In this document: one piece after another, positions 9,379 to 19,593 of the stretch
Position numbering within the stretch: the stretch's first letter is position 1
Layout: every line of letters starts with the position of its first letter
From: Synechococcus sp.
GTDB taxonomy: Bacteria > Cyanobacteriota > Cyanobacteriia > PCC-6307 > Cyanobiaceae
Assembly (NCBI GenBank): GCA_047285805.1
Contig: JBJBCN010000003.1
Location: forward strand, 288,001-352,000
Length of the DNA stretch: 64,000 nt
Direction of reading: 5' to 3'
Position numbers and translations under genes: made by a program
Notes under the pieces: generated by a model
Databases searched by the model: none
Told to the model about the DNA's origin: nothing
Seen by the model: only the letters and a program-made list of their open reading frames with translations

Positions 9379-9948
9379 CTACTCAACCCAACCAGCACTG
9401 GAGGCCAAGGGCACAGCAGCCTGCTGCTCGCTGATCAAGAGCTGGTCGAGCTGGGGCTGAAAGCCTGCGTCAAGGGCCACCAGTGGAGTCAGAACAAACG
9501 CCCGTTCACGCCAACGGGGATGGGGCAACTCCAACTCAGGGCTCTGGAGATGCAACGTCCCCCACCAGAGCAGATCCAGATCCAGGGTCCGAGGACCCCA
9601 GCGTTCCTCTCGCACCCGATGAAATTGCAGTTCCAAGGCCTGCAGCCGGCTCAGCAACCCAAGCGCCGCGGCGGCGGTGGGCTCAGGTGGCTGATCCACG
9701 ACCACCACCGCATTGATGTAATCAGGCTGGTTCGGTGGACCCCCGATCGGAGCCGTACGAAAGAGCGGTGACCAGCGCAGGGGCACCTCGCCCAAACAGG
9801 CCTGCATTTCGGCGCTCAAATGGGATCGCAACGCAATCAAGGTCTCGACCGGTCCGCCCGCAGCGCTGGGCAAATTGGCCCCTAGCCCAATTGCCAGGCC
9901 TTGATCAGCGAGACTGGCGCCCACGACAAAGTCCTCCTGCGTCTCCAT
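9379..9948 (-). CDS. folK: 2-amino-4-hydroxy-6-hydroxymethyldihydropteridine diphosphokinase
   Basis: [32 protein letters not shown]...RAFVL. Start uncertain; ATG at 9948 chosen. Confidence 0.9.
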   Translation of the reverse strand: METQEDFVVGASLADQGLAIGLGANLPSAAGGPVETLIALRSHLSAEMQACLGEVPLRWSPLFRTAPIGGPPNQPDYINAVVVVDQPPEPTAAAALGLLSRLQALELQFHRVREERWGPRTLDLDLLWWGTLHLQSPELELPHPRWRERAFVLTPLVALDAGFQPQLDQLLISEQQAAVPLASSAGWVE

Positions 9949-12028
9949 GGTTGCAAGTGGTATTGCCGCCAGGGCCTTTCCCCTGGCCGCCATCACCGGC
10001 CACGGCACCCTGAAGCTCGCCCTGCTCCTGGCCGCCGTTGATCCGGGTCTGGGCGGTGTGGTTATCGCCGGCGGACGTGGGACAGGCAAATCCGTCTTAG
10101 CCCGGGGCCTGCATGCGCTACTACCGCCGATCGACGTCCTTGATGTCGGTGGCTATGGCCTAAACACCGATCCCCAGGCGCCCGAAGATTGGGATGCTCC
10201 TACACAGGCCAAGCTCACTGACCTGGGGGCTGACCCCAAAGGCCTGGACCGTCAGGAACTGCTGCCTACCAAGGTCATACCTGCCCCGTTTGTCCAGGTT
10301 CCCCTCGGCATCACCGAAGACCGTCTTGTCGGCTCGGTGGATGTCACCGCCTCCCTGGCCAGTGGTGAAGCCGTCTTCCAGCCGGGCCTGCTGGCGGAAG
10401 CACACCGCGGCGTGCTCTACGTGGACGAGCTGAACCTGCTCGACGACAACGTCACAAACCTGCTCCTGGCGGCCGTCGGTAGCGGCGAAAACCGCGTGGA
10501 GCGCGAAGGCCTGAGCCTCTCGCACCCCTGCCGCTGCCTGCTGATCGCTACATACAACCCCGAAGAAGGGGCCATCCGCGATCACCTGCTGGATCGCTTC
10601 GCTATCGCCCTTTCAGCCAACCAGGTTTTGGAGCTGGATCAACGGGTCGAGATCACCCGCAGTGCCATCGGCCATGCCGAATCCAGCGAGGCCTTCCGCC
10701 AGCGCTGGCAAGAGGAGACCGACGCCCTCTCCACCCAGCTGCTGTTAGCCCGGCAGTGGCTGCCGGATGTCCAGATCAGCCGTGAGCAGATCGCATATCT
10801 GGTGAACGAAGCCCTGCGCGGTGGCGTTGAAGGTCACCGCAGCGAGCTCTACGCCGTGCGCGTTGCCCGGGCCCATGCCGCCCTCAGCGGCCGGGACCAG
10901 GTCGAAGCCGAGGACCTACAAGTCGCAGTGCGCCTGGTGATCGCTCCGCGCGCGATGCAACTGCCGCCCCAGGATCCCGATCAGCAGATGGAGCCCCCAC
11001 CGCCGCCACCGCCGCCACAGGGTGAGGAGCCGCCAGAGGACAACGAGCAGGAGCCGGACGAACCCGAAGAGGACAACGAGAAAGAGGACGAACAGGACGA
11101 AGAAGACGCTCCGGAAGATCAGGCGCCGCCGTCGATTCCTGAGGAGTTCATGCTCGATCCCGAAGCGATCGCGATCGATCCGGACCTGCTGCTCTTCAAC
11201 GCCAGCAAGGCGAAGACCGGTGGCAGCGGCAGCCGGGCCGTTGTCTTCAGTGACTCCCGCGGTCGCTACGTCAAACCAATGCTCCCCCGCGGGCCGGTCA
11301 AGCGGATCGCCGTGGACGCCACGCTACGGGCCGCTGCGCCTTATCAAAAAACCCGGCGTGAGAGGGAACCACGCCGCAAGGTCGTCGTGGAAGACGGGGA
11401 CCTGCGGGCCAAGCAACTGCAACGCAAGGCCGGGGCCCTGGTGATCTTCCTGGTGGATGCCAGTGGATCGATGGCCTTGAACCGGATGCAAAGCGCCAAG
11501 GGCGCCGTCATTCGCCTACTGACCGAGGCCTACGAGAACCGGGACGAAGTGGCGCTGATCCCCTTCCGCGGAGAAGCCGCTGAAGTGCTCCTACCGCCAA
11601 CCCGCTCAATCACCGCGGCGCGCCGGCGTCTGGAATCCATGCCCTGCGGCGGCGGATCGCCACTGGCCCATGGCCTCTCCCAGGCCGCCCGCGTCGGTGC
11701 CAACGCCATGGCCACTGGAGAACTGGGACAGGTGGTGGTCGTGGCCATCACCGACGGCCGCGGGAATGTACCCCTAAGCCGCTCGCTGGGTCAGCCCCAG
11801 CTCGAAGGGGAAGAGCCGGTTGACCTCAAGGAAGAGGTCAAGCAGGTGGCCAGCAAGTACCGCTCCCTCGGAATCAAGCTGCTGGTGATCGACACCGAAC
11901 GCAAGTTCATCGGCAGCGGCATGGGCAAAGACCTCGCCGATTCTGCCGGCGGCAAGTACGTCCAGCTGCCCAAGGCCAGTGATCAAGCGATTGCAGCCAT
12001 CGCCATGGAGGCCATCAGCGGGGTCTGA
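9947..12028 (+). CDS. chlD: Magnesium chelatase subunit D
   Basis: AAA+ domain ([17 protein letters not shown]), Pro/acidic linker, C-terminal vWA domain (DASGSM). Confidence 0.96.
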   Translation: MVASGIAARAFPLAAITGHGTLKLALLLAAVDPGLGGVVIAGGRGTGKSVLARGLHALLPPIDVLDVGGYGLNTDPQAPEDWDAPTQAKLTDLGADPKGLDRQELLPTKVIPAPFVQVPLGITEDRLVGSVDVTASLASGEAVFQPGLLAEAHRGVLYVDELNLLDDNVTNLLLAAVGSGENRVEREGLSLSHPCRCLLIATYNPEEGAIRDHLLDRFAIALSANQVLELDQRVEITRSAIGHAESSEAFRQRWQEETDALSTQLLLARQWLPDVQISREQIAYLVNEALRGGVEGHRSELYAVRVARAHAALSGRDQVEAEDLQVAVRLVIAPRAMQLPPQDPDQQMEPPPPPPPPQGEEPPEDNEQEPDEPEEDNEKEDEQDEEDAPEDQAPPSIPEEFMLDPEAIAIDPDLLLFNASKAKTGGSGSRAVVFSDSRGRYVKPMLPRGPVKRIAVDATLRAAAPYQKTRREREPRRKVVVEDGDLRAKQLQRKAGALVIFLVDASGSMALNRMQSAKGAVIRLLTEAYENRDEVALIPFRGEAAEVLLPPTRSITAARRRLESMPCGGGSPLAHGLSQAARVGANAMATGELGQVVVVAITDGRGNVPLSRSLGQPQLEGEEPVDLKEEVKQVASKYRSLGIKLLVIDTERKFIGSGMGKDLADSAGGKYVQLPKASDQAIAAIAMEAISGV

Positions 12029-12916
12029 TCAGCGGTTGGCTTCGGTCTTCTCGGGATAGACCTCGTCAAAGAAGGCCCCAAGGCCAATCGCCACGCTGCG
12101 CAGGCCAGCCATGAAGCGCTTGTCGGAGGTGAGCTTCTCGATGTCACCGCCCACCCGGTCCATGGTTACGGTGAGCTCCTCCAAGTTGGAAATGGTTCCT
12201 TTGAGCTCGCTGAGAGTCTTGGGGTTATCCAGGGCCCGCACGAAGTTGAGGATGTGCGCTGTGGACGCGGTGAGGTTGTTGATCGTCGGCTTGACGTCGC
12301 GCACGGTGGTCTGCAGGTCACCGATCAAGCCCTGGCCGTCCTTCAGGAAGGCCGTGGCTTCTTCAGCTGTGGTGTTAACGCTGCTGATGGTGGACGAGAG
12401 CTTGGAAATAAGCTTCTCTTTCTCCGCCTGAACCAGTAGCTGCTGCAACGTCGCAGTCACTTGACTCAAGGTCGCAGCGCTCTTGCCCTGAATCACGGAG
12501 CCATTGCAGACGGTCAACGCCCGGATGCAGTTGATCGCTTTCGGCCCCGGAGTGCCCTTGGGGAGCGGCTTGATCGGTGCCGTCAGGGCTACCACCGCAT
12601 CCCCGCCGAGGAGCGACGCCGCCTCGACCCGCGCATCCAGAGGTTGGGGCAGCAGCAGATTGGGTTGATCGATATCGATCTGGACTTCCACCGCCGTGGC
12701 CGTCGGGGTGACCTCTTGCACATGACCAACGGTCACGCCGCGGTAGGTCACCGCCGAGCGAGGAGCCAAGCCAGCAGCATCCGCAAAGTTGGCCTGGAAG
12801 CGCCAGGTGCGATTACTGACCGAGACCCCTTTCAACCAGAGCCAGAACAACCCAGCCGAGCTCACCGCTGCCAGCAGCGTGAAGCCGACGATCGCTTCTT
12901 TCACACTGCGGCGCAT
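12029..12916 (-). CDS. mlaD: MlaD/MCE family lipid transport protein
   Basis: N-terminal TM helix, MCE motif AAGLAPRSAVTYRGVTVGHV, helical C-terminus; next to an ABC ATPase. Confidence 0.88.
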   Translation of the reverse strand: MRRSVKEAIVGFTLLAAVSSAGLFWLWLKGVSVSNRTWRFQANFADAAGLAPRSAVTYRGVTVGHVQEVTPTATAVEVQIDIDQPNLLLPQPLDARVEAASLLGGDAVVALTAPIKPLPKGTPGPKAINCIRALTVCNGSVIQGKSAATLSQVTATLQQLLVQAEKEKLISKLSSTISSVNTTAEEATAFLKDGQGLIGDLQTTVRDVKPTINNLTASTAHILNFVRALDNPKTLSELKGTISNLEELTVTMDRVGGDIEKLTSDKRFMAGLRSVAIGLGAFFDEVYPEKTEANR

Positions 12917-12921
12917 GGGAT

Positions 12922-13731
12922 TTAGAGCTCCGCGGGTTGCATAGGTCCGCTGAGACTAGCCGTGCGGAACTGAAGGACATAGGGATTGGTTGTGGTCCGA
13001 AAGTCCTCCACACTCCCCTGCCAACGGAAGAGGCCGTCGTAAAGCAACACCACCCGATCGGAGGTGCGCTCGATGGTGCTCATCACATGGCTGACGACCA
13101 CCGAACTGCCGCCGGCAATGCGGGTGGTCTGAACCATCAGGTCTTCGATGCGGGTGCAGGCCACCGGGTCCAAGCCGGCAGTGGGTTCATCGAAGAGCAG
13201 CAGGGGGACATTCCCCCCAGGCTGACTGGGGTCACTGATCACGGCGCGCGCAAAGCTGACCCGCTTCTGCATGCCACCACTGAGCTCGCCGGGATAAAGG
13301 TCCTCCGTGCCAGAGAGTCCAACTGCTTCAAGGGCTTCGGCCACCCGCTGACGAATTTCCAGCTCATTGAGGCGGCTGAAGCGATCGAGCAAAAAGCCGA
13401 CGTTCTGCCGCACCGTCAACGACGCCAGCAGGGCCGGGTTTTGAAAAACCATGCGTACATCCGGCGGATTGCGCTGATCCAGCCGCAGATAGGTCTGGTA
13501 GACCCCGTGGATCTGCAGGCAGCCACTGCTAGGCAGGAGCAAACCCGAGAGCAGCCGCAGGATCGTGGACTTACCAGCACCGGAGGGCCCGACCACCGCC
13601 AAACGCTCGCCGGCATTCAGGGTCAAAGCAACGTCGCTCAGAACCGTGTTGCGGCCCCAGCGCACGCTGACGTCGTCCATAAGGACCACTGGGGTGGTGG
13701 ATTGCACCGGATCTTTCACGAATAGGGGCAT
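12922..13731 (-). CDS. ABC transporter ATP-binding protein (MlaF-like)
   Basis: GPSGAGKS, LSGGMQKRVSFARA, FDEPTAGLDP. Start shortened to ATG 13731 to avoid overlap with yvcK. Confidence 0.88.
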   Translation of the reverse strand: MPLFVKDPVQSTTPVVLMDDVSVRWGRNTVLSDVALTLNAGERLAVVGPSGAGKSTILRLLSGLLLPSSGCLQIHGVYQTYLRLDQRNPPDVRMVFQNPALLASLTVRQNVGFLLDRFSRLNELEIRQRVAEALEAVGLSGTEDLYPGELSGGMQKRVSFARAVISDPSQPGGNVPLLLFDEPTAGLDPVACTRIEDLMVQTTRIAGGSSVVVSHVMSTIERTSDRVVLLYDGLFRWQGSVEDFRTTTNPYVLQFRTASLSGPMQPAEL

Positions 13732-13759
13732 CTTGGCGGTTTCTCCGTAACCTGGCCCC

Positions 13760-15187
13760 ATGCCGGCTCGAGGACACCGAAGAGGGAACCATTCGAGACC
13801 GCGCCCAAGCTGGGTCGGCAACGGAGACCTTCGGCAAAAAGATCTCGTCAGCCGCTCCAAGCGTGCCGCCCGTTGGCTACAGCCCGGTCTGGTGGTCAAG
13901 CGTTGGATGCTGACCTCTGGCGTTGGCCTGTTTCTGCTCTTTCTGGGGGCCGCTGTTTGGGCTGACCTGCAGCCGATCTACTGGCTGCTGGAGTTCATCC
14001 GCTGGTCCCTGGCCAACATCACCACGGTGCTCCCCCGAGAGATCACCGGACCGATTGTGCTCGTGGTGGGCGGTGGCCTGATCTGGCTTGGACAAAGCCG
14101 CAGCTTCGGGGCGATCCAACAAGCACTGGCGCCAGACCGAGACACGTTGCTGGTGGATGCCCTGGCGGCCAAGAGCCGTCTCAACCGGGGTCCCTCGATC
14201 GTGGCGATCGGGGGCGGAACAGGACTCTCCACCCTGCTGAGCGGACTCAAGCGATACAGCAACAACCTCACGGCGATCGTGACCGTCGCCGATGACGGCG
14301 GCAGTTCAGGCGTGTTGCGCCGCGAACTCGGGGTGCAACCACCTGGTGACATCCGCAACTGCCTGGCGGCCCTGGCGACGGAAGAACCGCTGCTGACGCG
14401 ACTGTTTCAGTACCGCTTCCGCGCCGGCACCGGCCTGGAGGGCCACAGCTTCGGGAACCTTTTCCTCTCGGCCCTGACCGCGATCACCGGAAGCCTGGAG
14501 GGCGCGATTACGGCCAGCAGCCGGGTTCTTGCCGTGCAAGGCACGGTGGTCCCCGCCACCAACGTCGACGTGAAGCTCTGGGCGGAACTGGCTGATGGGC
14601 GCCGCATTGAAGGGGAATCCCAGATCGGTCATGCCACGAGTCCGATCGTGCGGGTGGGCTGCATCCCCGAGAGACCTCCGGCCCTGCCGAAGGCCCTCGA
14701 AGCGATCGCAAATGCAGACCTGATCGTGCTGGGTCCGGGGAGTCTGTACACCTCCCTGCTACCGAACCTGCTGGTGCCCGAGCTGGTACAGGCGATCAGC
14801 CGGAGCAAGGCTCCGCGCCTGTACATCTGCAATCTAATGACCCAGCCCGGAGAGACCGACGGACTCAATGTCGAAGGCCACCTAAGGGCGATTGAGTCAC
14901 AGCTGGCCAGCCTGGGTATCCAACAGCGGCTGTTCTCCTCTGTGCTAGCTCAGGAAGATCTTGGAACCTCCAGCCTGGTGGAGTACTACCGCCAACGCGG
15001 AGCAGATCCTGTCGAGTGCGACAGTCGCAAGCTGCGCAGCCAGGGATACGACGTCACCATCGCTCCCTTGCAGGGGGCACGCCCCACATCAACGCTTCGC
15101 CATGATCCCCGAAGCGTAGGGTTAGCTGTGATGCGCTTCTACAAGAAGCACCGCCGGGACAAGGAAAAAACGCAAGCGCCTCAGTAG
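13760..15187 (+). CDS. yvcK: YvcK/CofD-like gluconeogenesis factor with N-terminal TM helices
   Basis: [48 protein letters not shown]. Confidence 0.9.
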   Translation: MPARGHRRGNHSRPRPSWVGNGDLRQKDLVSRSKRAARWLQPGLVVKRWMLTSGVGLFLLFLGAAVWADLQPIYWLLEFIRWSLANITTVLPREITGPIVLVVGGGLIWLGQSRSFGAIQQALAPDRDTLLVDALAAKSRLNRGPSIVAIGGGTGLSTLLSGLKRYSNNLTAIVTVADDGGSSGVLRRELGVQPPGDIRNCLAALATEEPLLTRLFQYRFRAGTGLEGHSFGNLFLSALTAITGSLEGAITASSRVLAVQGTVVPATNVDVKLWAELADGRRIEGESQIGHATSPIVRVGCIPERPPALPKALEAIANADLIVLGPGSLYTSLLPNLLVPELVQAISRSKAPRLYICNLMTQPGETDGLNVEGHLRAIESQLASLGIQQRLFSSVLAQEDLGTSSLVEYYRQRGADPVECDSRKLRSQGYDVTIAPLQGARPTSTLRHDPRSVGLAVMRFYKKHRRDKEKTQAPQ

Positions 15188-15729
15188 GCGTCCTGCATCT
15201 CGTAGAAATCCGGCTGGACATAGTCCTTGCGCAAGGGGAAGCCTTTCCAGTCTTCGGGCATCAGCAGGCGCTTGGGTTGAGGGTGCCCCTCAAAACCAAT
15301 ACCGAACATGTCGAAAGTCTCGCGCTCAGGCCAATCAGCACCGCGATAGAGCGGGTAGAGACTGGGAATCTTCAGATCGCCGTCACGGGCCAGGAAGACT
15401 TTTAGGCGAACCTCCTCTGGCTTGACCTCGGCGGGAAGGTGCTGAGAGGCGGTGGACTGGTCGGCCAATCCTGCCAACTTGACCAGGTGATAGAAGCTCA
15501 CCAGCTGACCGCCGGGGCCCTCGTCATAACCACCCTGGACTTGCAGGTAATCGAAGCCTGAAGCCTTCAAGGCCGCAGCGATGACGGGAAGGAAAGGCGC
15601 CTCAACGGCAATGACTTCAACGCCCAGGTGATCGGGATCGAGCAGCCGGTGCTCAAAACCCTGGCTGGTGAGCCACTGGCTGACGGGGCCAGCATGGGGT
15701 GTGGTGACGGCAGCGGTGTCCTCAGGCAT
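15181..15729 (-). CDS. ndhJ: NDH-1 subunit J
   Basis: [17 protein letters not shown]...[16 protein letters not shown]. Confidence 0.95.
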   Translation of the reverse strand: MPEDTAAVTTPHAGPVSQWLTSQGFEHRLLDPDHLGVEVIAVEAPFLPVIAAALKASGFDYLQVQGGYDEGPGGQLVSFYHLVKLAGLADQSTASQHLPAEVKPEEVRLKVFLARDGDLKIPSLYPLYRGADWPERETFDMFGIGFEGHPQPKRLLMPEDWKGFPLRKDYVQPDFYEMQDAY

Positions 15730-15734
15730 TGATC

Positions 15735-16484
15735 TCAGGCTTGATCAGCGGGAATGGAGGCTTTGGCCGATACACCCATGGGAAGGCCAGCAGCAGCCTG
15801 AAGGGCCGCCTGTTGGGTTTCAGCGCGCAGGTAGCGACCGTCCACGATCGGCTCGACCAGCTTCATCTCGTGGGCGACCGTGAAGTAACGATGTGTCGGC
15901 ATCAGGTTGCCGCGCTCTGAGAGGGCTTCATTGCCGACCTTCTTACGCAGCTTGACTACCGCATCGAAGATCGCCTCTGGACGAGGCGGGCAGCCAGGGA
16001 GGTAGAGGTCAACGGGGATCAGCTTGTCCACACCGCGCACCGCTGTGGTGGAGTCAGCCGAGAACATGCCGCCGGTGATCGTGCAGGCACCCATAGCGAT
16101 CACGTACTTCGGCTCAGGCATCTGCTCGTAAAGACGCACCAGAGCCGGAGCCATTTTCATAGTCACCGTTCCAGCAACGATCAACAGGTCCGCCTGGCGT
16201 GGACTGGAGCGGGGGACCAAGCCGAAGCGGTCAAAGTCAAAGCGTGAGCCGATCAGAGCAGCGAACTCGATGAAGCAGCAGGCAGTTCCGTAGAGCAGGG
16301 GCCAGAGGCTGCTGAGGCGGGCCCAGTTGTGCAGGTCATCAAGAGTGGTGAGGATGACGTTCTCGGAGAGATCCGAGGTGACTGAAAGGGCACCAACGGG
16401 GTTGCAGCTGGAATCGCGTTGATCGCGCAGGCTGGCAACCGAGAGGGCTTCGGACATGCCGGACGTGACAGAGGAGGGGGTCAT
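15735..16484 (-). CDS. ndhK: NDH-1 subunit K
   Basis: [35 protein letters not shown]. Confidence 0.96.
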   Translation of the reverse strand: MTPSSVTSGMSEALSVASLRDQRDSSCNPVGALSVTSDLSENVILTTLDDLHNWARLSSLWPLLYGTACCFIEFAALIGSRFDFDRFGLVPRSSPRQADLLIVAGTVTMKMAPALVRLYEQMPEPKYVIAMGACTITGGMFSADSTTAVRGVDKLIPVDLYLPGCPPRPEAIFDAVVKLRKKVGNEALSERGNLMPTHRYFTVAHEMKLVEPIVDGRYLRAETQQAALQAAAGLPMGVSAKASIPADQA

Positions 16485-16490
16485 CTCAGA

Positions 16491-16853
16491 TCAGCTCCAC
16501 TCAAGGGCGCCTTTGCGCCAGGCGTAGGCGAGGGCCACCACCAGGATGGCGATGAAAACCAGGGCTTCGATGAAGGCCAGCAGCCCTAAGCGGTGAAAGG
16601 CCACGGCCCAGGGATAGAGGAAGACAGTCTCCACGTCGAAGATCACGAAGACCAGCGCAAACATGTAGTAGCGGATGTTGAACTGGATCCAGGCACCCCC
16701 GATGGGCTCCATGCCCGACTCGTAGGTGAGATCCCGTTCACCCACACGCGACTTGGGGGAGACGAGCTTGTTGGTGACGAGAGCCAGCACTGGCACCGCC
16801 GCTGCAATCAGCAGGAAGCCGAGGAAGGCGTCGTAACCGGAGAGAACGAACAC
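16491..16853 (-). CDS. ndhC: NDH-1 subunit C
   Basis: GTG start gives 120 aa; [29 protein letters not shown]. Confidence 0.96.
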   Translation of the reverse strand: MFVLSGYDAFLGFLLIAAAVPVLALVTNKLVSPKSRVGERDLTYESGMEPIGGAWIQFNIRYYMFALVFVIFDVETVFLYPWAVAFHRLGLLAFIEALVFIAILVVALAYAWRKGALEWS

Positions 16854-17041
16854 AGGGCGAAAGCGGCCCAACCTGAGGGGCAGTCTGGCATCCACCTCTC
16901 AGGACTGGGACCGCGCTGAGAACTCACACAATCCTGGCCGCTGCACGGAGAACGTCTGAGAAGAAGCAGCCTGAACATGGATAAAGGCTCCTAGCCGGTC
17001 TTGACCTTCTTAGAGTCGACGGCGCCGATCAGTGGTTGCCA

Positions 17042-17443
17042 ATGAGCGAGGACACCCTCCCGGAGGAATTCAATTCGCCAGAACCAACAGCGGAGAGCAC
17101 CGAGATCGCTGTTGAAGCCACTGACGACCCTGACACGCACCGATTCGAGTGCCGCGCTTGCGGCTTCGTCTATGACCCCGATGAGGGAGTCAAAAAACTG
17201 GCAATCGAGGCCGGGACCCCATTCAGCGCTCTCGACCCCGATACGTTTCGCTGCCCGGTCTGCCGCAGCAAAACGCTCGCCTTCAAGGACATTGGTCCCC
17301 GGAACAAGCCGAGCGGCTTTGAGGAGAACCTCGGCTATGGCCTTGGCGTGAACACCCTGACACCTGGACAGAAGAACGTCCTGATCTTTGGCGGCTTTGC
17401 TTTAGCGATCGCCTTTTTCCTCTCCTTGTATTCCCTTCGCTGA
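17042..17443 (+). CDS. rubA: Membrane-anchored rubredoxin
   Basis: CRACGFVYDP...CPVC plus C-terminal TM helix; conserved position upstream of ycf48-psbEFLJ. Confidence 0.92.
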   Translation: MSEDTLPEEFNSPEPTAESTEIAVEATDDPDTHRFECRACGFVYDPDEGVKKLAIEAGTPFSALDPDTFRCPVCRSKTLAFKDIGPRNKPSGFEENLGYGLGVNTLTPGQKNVLIFGGFALAIAFFLSLYSLR

Positions 17444-17452
17444 GCTCAATTG

Positions 17453-18436
17453 ATGAAACGCCTGCTCTCGTCTTTGACCGCAATCCTGTTGGCGGCTGCA
17501 CTGACTGGTTGCGTCAGCACCTCCCTGCCGACTGCACAATCCAGTCCTTGGGAAGCCGTCGATATCCACACCAAGTCAAACCCGCTTGACCTGGCATTCA
17601 CGAACACACAGCACGGGTTCCTGGTCGGCAGCAACCGCTTGATACTCGAGACCAACGACGGCGGTGCGTCCTGGAACGAAATGGCGCTGGACCTGCCTGA
17701 AGAAGAAAACTTCCGTCTAATCAGCGTTGACTTCTCGGGAGACGAAGGCTGGATCGTCGGCCAGCCCGGCCTTCTGCTCCACAGCGAAGACGCTGGACAA
17801 AATTGGAGCCGATTGTTCCTGGACACCAAGTTGCCGGGGGAGCCATACATGATCACAGCCCTCGGGCCTGACAGCGCGGAACTCGCGACCAATGTCGGCG
17901 CGGTCTACCAAACTAAAGATGCGGGCAGCTCCTGGCAGGCCAAAGTGGAAGACGCCGCCGGTGCCGTCCGCGATCTACGCCGAAGCCCCGATGGGGATTA
18001 CATCAGCGTAAGCAGCCTCGGAAACTTCTTCGCGACCTGGAACCAGGGAGAAGCGCGTTGGACCCCCCACCAACGGGAAAGCAGCCAACGGTTGCAGGCG
18101 ATGGGTTTCCAGCCCAATGGGAACCTGTGGATGGTGGCCAGGGGAGCGCAGCTTCGGTTCAACGACAACGCCGGGAACCCCGAAGAGTGGAGCAAGCCGG
18201 TGGTGCCCATCACCAATGGCTATGGCTACCTAGATATGGCATGGGATCCAAGCGGCGGGATCTGGGCCGGGGGCGGAAGCGGAACGCTGCTGGTGAGCCA
18301 GGACGATGGGATGACCTGGCAAAAAGATCCTGTGGGCGCAAAGCAGCCAACCAACTTCAGCCACATCGCATTCTTCCCTGATGGCAAGGGCTTTGTCCTG
18401 GGAGAGCGAGGCTCACTGCTCCGCTGGATCGGCTGA
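17453..18436 (+). CDS. ycf48: Photosystem II assembly factor Ycf48/HCF136
   Basis: Lipobox LTGC, BNR/Asp-box repeats (TNDGGASW, SEDAGQNW, TKDAGSSW) and synteny with psbE. Confidence 0.94.
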   Translation: MKRLLSSLTAILLAAALTGCVSTSLPTAQSSPWEAVDIHTKSNPLDLAFTNTQHGFLVGSNRLILETNDGGASWNEMALDLPEEENFRLISVDFSGDEGWIVGQPGLLLHSEDAGQNWSRLFLDTKLPGEPYMITALGPDSAELATNVGAVYQTKDAGSSWQAKVEDAAGAVRDLRRSPDGDYISVSSLGNFFATWNQGEARWTPHQRESSQRLQAMGFQPNGNLWMVARGAQLRFNDNAGNPEEWSKPVVPITNGYGYLDMAWDPSGGIWAGGGSGTLLVSQDDGMTWQKDPVGAKQPTNFSHIAFFPDGKGFVLGERGSLLRWIG

Positions 18437-18494
18437 GCAACAACGCTCTGTAACCAAGCGGTCGGACTAATCTCGCTGGCCGCAAGCTTCCCTT

Positions 18495-18500
18495 TAAGAT
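18495..18500 (+). promoter_or_regulatory. Candidate -10 element (TAAGAT) for psbEFLJ
   Basis: TAnnnT hexamer 24 nt before the psbE ATG; motif match only. Confidence 0.3.
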
Positions 18501-18524
18501 CGCCAAGCTGAACGCTTCAAGACC

Positions 18525-18773
18525 ATGGCCGCCGGCTCTACGGGTGAACGCCCGTTCTTCGAAATCATTACGAGCATCCGCTACTGGGTGATCCACGCAG
18601 TGACCCTGCCGTCGATCTTCCTGGCCGGTTTCCTGTTCGTGTCGACCGGCCTCGCCTACGACGCCTTCGGCACGCCCCGCCCGGATGCGTATTTCCAGGC
18701 TCAAGACACCAAAGCCCCTGTGGTTAGTCAGCGCTACGAAAGCAAGTCCTCGCTCGACCAGCGCCTGAGATAA
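18525..18773 (+). CDS. psbE: Cytochrome b559 alpha subunit
   Basis: GSTGERPF...[12 protein letters not shown]...[10 protein letters not shown]. Confidence 0.98.
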   Translation: MAAGSTGERPFFEIITSIRYWVIHAVTLPSIFLAGFLFVSTGLAYDAFGTPRPDAYFQAQDTKAPVVSQRYESKSSLDQRLR

Positions 18774-18776
18774 GTC

Positions 18777-18914
18777 ATGACACAAGTCCCTGCCAGCACA
18801 ACTCCGCGCAACTACCCGATCTTCACGGTCAGGTGGCTTGCAGTCCACGCCCTTGGCATCCCGACGGTGTTTTTCCTGGGTGCCCTGGCTGCGATGCAAT
18901 TCGTCCGCCGCTGA
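18777..18914 (+). CDS. psbF: Cytochrome b559 beta subunit
   Basis: Manual translation [45 protein letters not shown] (45 aa; below the ORF-track cutoff). Confidence 0.97.
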   Translation: MTQVPASTTPRNYPIFTVRWLAVHALGIPTVFFLGALAAMQFVRR

Positions 18915-18927
18915 GGTCACCTGAACA

Positions 18928-19047
18928 ATGGAACGCAAACCAAATCCGAACAACCTGCCGGTTGAACTGAACCGTACAAGCCTCTACCTAGGCCTGCTGT
19001 TCGTGTTCACCTGCGGGATCCTGTTCTCGAGCTACTTCTTCAACTGA
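18928..19047 (+). CDS. psbL: Photosystem II subunit L
   Basis: Manual translation [39 protein letters not shown] (39 aa). Confidence 0.97.
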   Translation: MERKPNPNNLPVELNRTSLYLGLLFVFTCGILFSSYFFN

Positions 19048-19062
19048 TCAGGAGATCCTCAC

Positions 19063-19263
19063 ATGAGCAGCAAGAAATCTGGACTACCCGACGGAAGAAT
19101 TCCTGACCGGCTGCCTGACGGACGTCCGGCAGTGGCTTGGAAATCAAGGTGGACTGAGGGCGTGCTTCCCTTGTGGCTAGTCGCAACTGCTGGCGGCATG
19201 GCAGTTATCTTTGTGGTTGGGCTATTTTTCTATGGATCCTATACAGGTGTTGGATCTGCTTGA
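19063..19263 (+). CDS. psbJ: Photosystem II subunit J (picocyanobacterial long form)
   Basis: [31 protein letters not shown]; last gene of psbEFLJ. Confidence 0.96.
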   Translation: MSSKKSGLPDGRIPDRLPDGRPAVAWKSRWTEGVLPLWLVATAGGMAVIFVVGLFFYGSYTGVGSA

Positions 19264-19593
19264 CGAGACACAAAGAAGTGCACAAACGACATGAAAGGAG
19301 TAGGCTTGAAGCTTATAGGTCGGATTCTGGAATAAACGTAGGATATGGTATTAGCTTAGGATAGTGTTTATTGAAAGATTACTCGACTGACTTTTTTAGG
19401 AGGAGTAGCGAGTCTAGGAATTTAGTGTTGATGGATGATTTAGGAAAGAGCTTTTCAGGCTGGAAAGAGGGCGTACAAGTGTTGTCAGCATGATCCAGAG
19501 GACGGAAGTTGGCGGAGGATTGATCTGGAAGCCCAATGCGGTTGACTCGATGGAATATTGTCGTTGGAAAGGTGCTTTGCGGGGACGGCTGAA

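Noticed and set aside
10960..11140. Low-complexity CCG/CCA and GAG/GAC repeats
   Set aside because: These encode the normal Pro-rich and acidic linker of ChlD, not a repeat element.
8687..13725. Other long alternative-frame ORFs (8687-9460, 12937-13725 and similar)
   Set aside because: They overlap well-supported genes on the opposite strand and have no domain signatures.
2886..17412. Scattered GCGATCGC (HIP1) octamers, e.g. near 2886, 11165, 14702 and 17405
   Set aside because: Only a handful were seen; it is a known cyanobacterial motif and enrichment cannot be established by eye.
19375..19470. Imperfect inverted repeats downstream of psbJ
   Set aside because: Stems are short or mismatched and lack a properly placed U-tract; not callable as a terminator or ncRNA.
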